A stretch of DNA of 64,000 nucleotides from Rhizodiscina lignyota. Taxonomy: Eukaryota. The stretch's first letter is position 1, and each line of letters starts with the position of its first letter. Where the stretch lies: positions 62,001 through 126,000 of the forward strand of contig ML978138.1 in the NCBI GenBank assembly GCA_010015805.1, given 5' to 3'. Positions 58,038 to 64,000 of this stretch are shown one piece after another. The notes below the pieces were generated by a model, which saw only the letters and a list, made by a program, of their open reading frames with translations, searched no databases and was not told where the DNA came from. The position numbers were made by a program, and so were the translations under genes.

Positions 58038-59375
58038 ATGGCGACCGCGAAGACCGCCATGCCTGCCACGCATGGCAAGCTACACAAGAGAAATATCTCG
58101 GATACTTCCACTTCGATGCACTCGCCCTCGCCCTCGATGCCCTCCACAGCCTTCATGGCCAGCCGCCCCAGCCTCGACTACAAGCGCAAGGTCACATACG
58201 AGCAACCTGAGGACATGTCGACCTCTTCATCGAGCATGAAAATCAAGCCATACTTCCGCAAGCTAAGCGCCAAGGACAGTGGCATCGTCGACCTCTCACG
58301 GCCGGCCGCGGAAAATGAAGGGTTGGCAGGGCTAGGACTGGGTATAAATGACGGCCTTGGATATGGCTTCACGAGCAAGAGCGTCAGTGACGTGTCATTC
58401 GTGCCGATGGGAAGCTATTCCAAGAACCGGCACATCCGCTCGCCCTCCAATACCTCGCAGTATTCCACGGCGACAGCGAACTCACTTCAGCGACCCAACG
58501 CGCCCTACGCCCATCCTATGCGTCAAACGCCGCGACCCTACACCCCTCCCATATCCAAATCGTATACCACTTCTCTGAGCGGGCGAAACAGTGAAGACTA
58601 TGACACGATCAACGAGGCACGCCTCCCTGAAGAGGAATTGACGTTTCGGCGTCTTACGACAGCTTCAACTGATCCACAAGGCCGCGACTCGATCTCCAGC
58701 GTACCTACAAACATTGCAACGCCACAACCGCTTCACGTTCGCACTTCTGACTCTCTCACGCGATTCACTTCACCATCACAGACCTCGCTAAACATTGGAG
58801 GAAGATCACGCGGTGCTACGCTTCAGTCAGTCGACACACTCTCACCGTCTTCACGACCGAGCATGGATAAAGGCTTTGGTTTCTTCCGCGCCCATCGTGC
58901 CGATACCAACGAGTCTCTCGACCCCGATGAGAGCCGAGCGGCCAGCATCAGGGCAGCCCGCAAGGCATTCGAGGAGCGTGAGGAGGCAAAAGCAAGGAAG
59001 CTAGAGAAGGAGGAGAGTCGGCAGATGGAGCGCGAGCAGAAGAAACAGCAAAAGAAGAGTATTGATCAAAAGCGAAGAAAGTCCGAGGGCGAGGAAGGAA
59101 GGAGAAGCAGGCTGAGGAGTGACAGCAGCAACGAGAAGGTAGATGACGCTGCTGTTGCGGGCAGAGAGTATGCTACACTGAAGCCAGTCAATAGTCGCAC
59201 CCTTCCCAACCGCGTGGAACGAATTAGCCCCGGTAGGAGGTCTGACACTACGAGGAGCGAGAGGGAGAGGAACCGTGAGAGGCAGAAGCACGGCGCGAAG
59301 AGGAATTGGTTCGGCTTCCTGGCGTGGTTCAGGACTCGCCTGCTCCGGCTGGGAAGGAGGATGGGCATGTCATGA
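58038..59375 (+). CDS. Hypothetical fungal protein, Ser/Thr/Pro-rich with coiled coil and amphipathic C-terminus
   Basis: 445-aa ORF with KIKPYFRKLS, HPMRQTPRPYTPP, IRAARKAFEERE and WFGFLAWFRTRL segments. Confidence 0.85.
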   Translation: MATAKTAMPATHGKLHKRNISDTSTSMHSPSPSMPSTAFMASRPSLDYKRKVTYEQPEDMSTSSSSMKIKPYFRKLSAKDSGIVDLSRPAAENEGLAGLGLGINDGLGYGFTSKSVSDVSFVPMGSYSKNRHIRSPSNTSQYSTATANSLQRPNAPYAHPMRQTPRPYTPPISKSYTTSLSGRNSEDYDTINEARLPEEELTFRRLTTASTDPQGRDSISSVPTNIATPQPLHVRTSDSLTRFTSPSQTSLNIGGRSRGATLQSVDTLSPSSRPSMDKGFGFFRAHRADTNESLDPDESRAASIRAARKAFEEREEAKARKLEKEESRQMEREQKKQQKKSIDQKRRKSEGEEGRRSRLRSDSSNEKVDDAAVAGREYATLKPVNSRTLPNRVERISPGRRSDTTRSERERNRERQKHGAKRNWFGFLAWFRTRLLRLGRRMGMS

Positions 59376-60100
59376 TTCTCAGCTCCACGACACGCATCTC
59401 CAACGACATGCCCTCTCTGAGGGAGAGACCACGATGCGAACCACGAACCCGTATCAACGATACACGATGAAACGAACTACACATATGTACCGTGCTCATT
59501 ATTTGCATGCATTCGCACTCGCATTCATCCGTCCATCGACGGATTCATTGGCGTTCATTGGGGCATGTTACGCTCTGCATTGCCTTTTGACTTCTTTCTG
59601 CATTCACTGGGAAGCAAGGGATTGGATGGCAGATTGATATCCACGCTTCGCACACAACCGGCTGCGTTAGACAGCATAGGGTGGAGTCGTGATATGCAGG
59701 CCTTCGCATCGTCGTCGAGGCCTGCTAGGACTTTTGACGGACATTGGAGTCAGGCGTTGGTTATACCATGAGCTCGAGCCTCTCGCTCTGATTGTTTTTG
59801 GCCGCTTTAGCGGTGTTGGCTGATCATTTTTGAAATAGCGATGAATGCAAAGCATTTTCTATCATTTGAGTGCGGTTTGGCTTGGATTACTTCCAATTGA
59901 TGAGTGATGATTCACGGATCACGTGACTTTGGTACGAGCCTAAAGAGCATCTAGGTAGGTACGTCTCAGCACTGGATGCATTGATCAACTGGGCAATCAT
60001 TACAGGCCATCGTCACGGTATTCTCCATCTCCTGATATTCTAGAGTATCGCACTAGGTAGTCCCTGATTCCAGATCCCAAATATCCTTCCATCCCTCGTC

Positions 60101-61627
60101 TCACTTCCCACCAGCATAATTCTCCACTTCAATATGCTCCACGACCTTCGGCTTCAGCACGGTATCATGCGCAATCTCTTCTAATGATCTTCCTCTCGTC
60201 TCCTTCAGGAAGCAGAACGTGAACACTGCGATCACGGCGTCAAACAGCCCCCATAGCAGGAAGGTGCCCCAACCCATGTTCGTGATCATGTACGGCGTTG
60301 TGAGGCTGAAGACGAAGTTGAACAGCCATTGCGAGGAGACTCCGATTGCGATGCCGGGCTCGCGGATGCGGGTGGGGAAGATTCTGATGCTATTAGTGTC
60401 GTGAAGGTTGGATAGAACACTGGAGGGTTGATGAGCGACTTACTCGGAAACGTAGGGCCATGGTAGCGGTCCCCAGGAGAAGTTATACGCGATGACGAAT
60501 AGGTATATCAGCGCCACCGTCGCGATGCCACTGCTTGTCACTTTTCCTTGCCCTGGCGATGGCTTCTCTTTCACCACCACCGCACAAGTGATCTGGCACG
60601 CGGCCATGAACGCGGCGCCCGCTATGAGCACCCATCGTCTGTCGACTCTATCCGCGAGGAATAAGACGAACAGTCCGCACGCAGCAACTTTGATGGCGCC
60701 AAAGATGGCTGTTAGTAGCAGGTCTTTCGATCCTCCACCAACAAGCAACTTAAAGTACTGCGGCCCAAAGTATGCAAATGCCGTTGCACCAGTCGCCTGC
60801 TGCGCAACGAAGACCCAGAAGGCAAGATTACAGCGCTTAAAGTTATCTTTCTCGAAGAGTTCCTTAATCTGAAATCCCTCCGTCTCGCGTCTTTCAATTT
60901 CCAAACCCGTTCTTATTTCCATAAACTCTTCTTCCACCTCCGCTGTATCCCCACCCCTAATCCAAACCAAACTCTTTCTCGCCTCTTCCTCCCGTCCCTT
61001 CTTCATCAGCCACCTAACACTCTCCTTCACCGTGATCATCCCCAACCCCAGAAATCCCGCGGGCAGCAACTGCAGTCCAATCGGGATCTGCCACTGCCTC
61101 GCCTCACCCCCTTTAATCCTCTGCTGCACCCCATAGTCGATCCAATAACTCGTAAATATCCCGAGCGTATAGAAAAGCTGGAAGAAACTCCCAATCTGCC
61201 CCCTCAACTCCTTCGGACTCATCTCACTACTGAACATAGGCACCACCACGCTCGCCGCGCCTAACCCCAGCCCCGCAATCACCCGCGCGACGTAAAACGC
61301 TGCCAGACTTCCCGTGTTGATCGTCTGGATCAGCGCGCCGATGCAGAACACCACACTGCTCAGCATCAGCGCCTTGCGTCGCCCGAGGATGTTGGTGATC
61401 GGCCAGATGAAGAAGCACGCGACGAAGGCACCGAGTTGTTGGAGGCCGACGGCGAGGGAGTTTGTGCGTGTGCTGTGCGCGGCGGGCGCGTGGTAGTCGG
61501 ATAGGAAGGAGGGAAGCGTGAGCACGCCGCCGACGATGCCGCTGTCGTAGCCGAAGAGGAAACCGCCCATACAGACGACGCTGCCGAGATAGTAGGCGCG
61601 GAGGTTGCCCAGGAGATGCGGTTTCAT
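60101..61627 (-). CDS. Sugar-porter family MFS transporter (quinate-permease-like); intron 60384-60443
   Basis: GGFLFGYDSG, LGRR, SEMSPKELRG, ESVRWL, QQATG, SWGPLPWPYVSE/IFP and ETRGRSLEE motifs. Confidence 0.95.
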
Positions 61628-62610
61628 GATGGGTGGGTGGGGGTTGCGAGGATGGGAGGTGTGCGCTTTTGGAGGGAGGAGGAGGAGAGTGGAGATATCA
61701 AGTTCCTAGAGTTCAGACAAATGGAGAGGGTGATTCGATCTCCAGGTTGAAAGTAGAAGGGAGTAAAGATATCAAACTACTAAGAGAATATCGAGAAAGA
61801 GAGAGGTCGTTGGAAGGGTGAACTCTCCAAGTCTTGTACATAGGAAACCGCTTCGATCGCGCGCGACTGCGTTTCGATTGACTGAAATAAAGAGTGAGAG
61901 ATTTAATGATGGAAATAACGATCAGTATTGAGGTTTTGTATGAGTCTACAAGCAGAAGAAGGAAACCCAATACTCTACGATTGAACCAATTGAACCAACC
62001 CAAACATACTACTTACTACTATCAAACCCCAGATATGTATGGCGGAATATTTTCCCCACATGACGAGCATTAGCTATCCTACAATTGGGCATTCCTGGCC
62101 TTATGGTGCGGATGAAGGAAGCCATCTGCACGCTGAATTTGCGGGGAGAGGTTGTCGTCGACTCGTGGTTGGAAAGATGACGTCGATCCATCCTGTTTCG
62201 GCGTCGTCTCCGGGCCTTGACCGAAGGCCACCGTTGCAACCTTGATGAATGCACCGTGCAACACAGTTCTTTTGCTCTCTTGGCAGTAAGCACTTGGGCG
62301 GAAGAACCTCCGCTCGGAAAGGCCGAGTACCTTCGAAGTGCTGTGTTCACTGTTGGACAGGATGAGATGAACCCTCGGTCACAGACAACCCGAACGGTTG
62401 TCGGTACGGAAGTCGTGCCAATTGATACTGAATAGGAAAGACTTTCCATCTACTAGTTGCTTTCTTTATCAAACTTTACGAGGAGTTTCATTAAGAGTCA
62501 TTCGCGTCGTTCCTTGGTTCAGTTGCGCTTGCTTCCTGCGCTCCACGACAACTTGTCGACTCTTATCAAATCTCTTACCCTTCTTACTGTCATTTCAGAT
62601 CAAGCCATAG

Positions 62611-64000
<1,390 letters not shown>

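Overview
Gene-dense genomic DNA from a filamentous ascomycete (Pezizomycotina). This is inferred from short GT-AG introns with CTAAC-type branch points, HET genes, a Zn2Cys6 regulator and a RIP-mutated transposon. About 28 protein-coding loci can be read. The main result is a compact 14.3-kb, eight-gene cluster (28825-43126). It contains divergent succinyl-CoA-ligase-like beta and alpha subunits, an Ldh_2-family oxidoreductase lacking the usual His motifs, a beta-hydroxyacid dehydrogenase, a metallo-beta-lactamase-fold lactonase, an ACS-type MFS carrier, a Zn2Cys6 factor and a Mae1-type transporter. It looks like a dedicated catabolic pathway for an unknown lactone, hydroxy-dicarboxylate or sulfonate. 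Other observations: a 3.4-kb RIP-destroyed hAT transposon with 19-bp TIRs, no target duplication and a perfect 64-bp palindrome in its intron; two probable pseudogenes; a GC-AG intron; a stand-alone formyltransferase beside an ABCB transporter; a decayed inverted copy of a gene's 5' end; and a divergent sugar-transporter/sulfatase pair. All calls come from manual motif reading. No database search was run.
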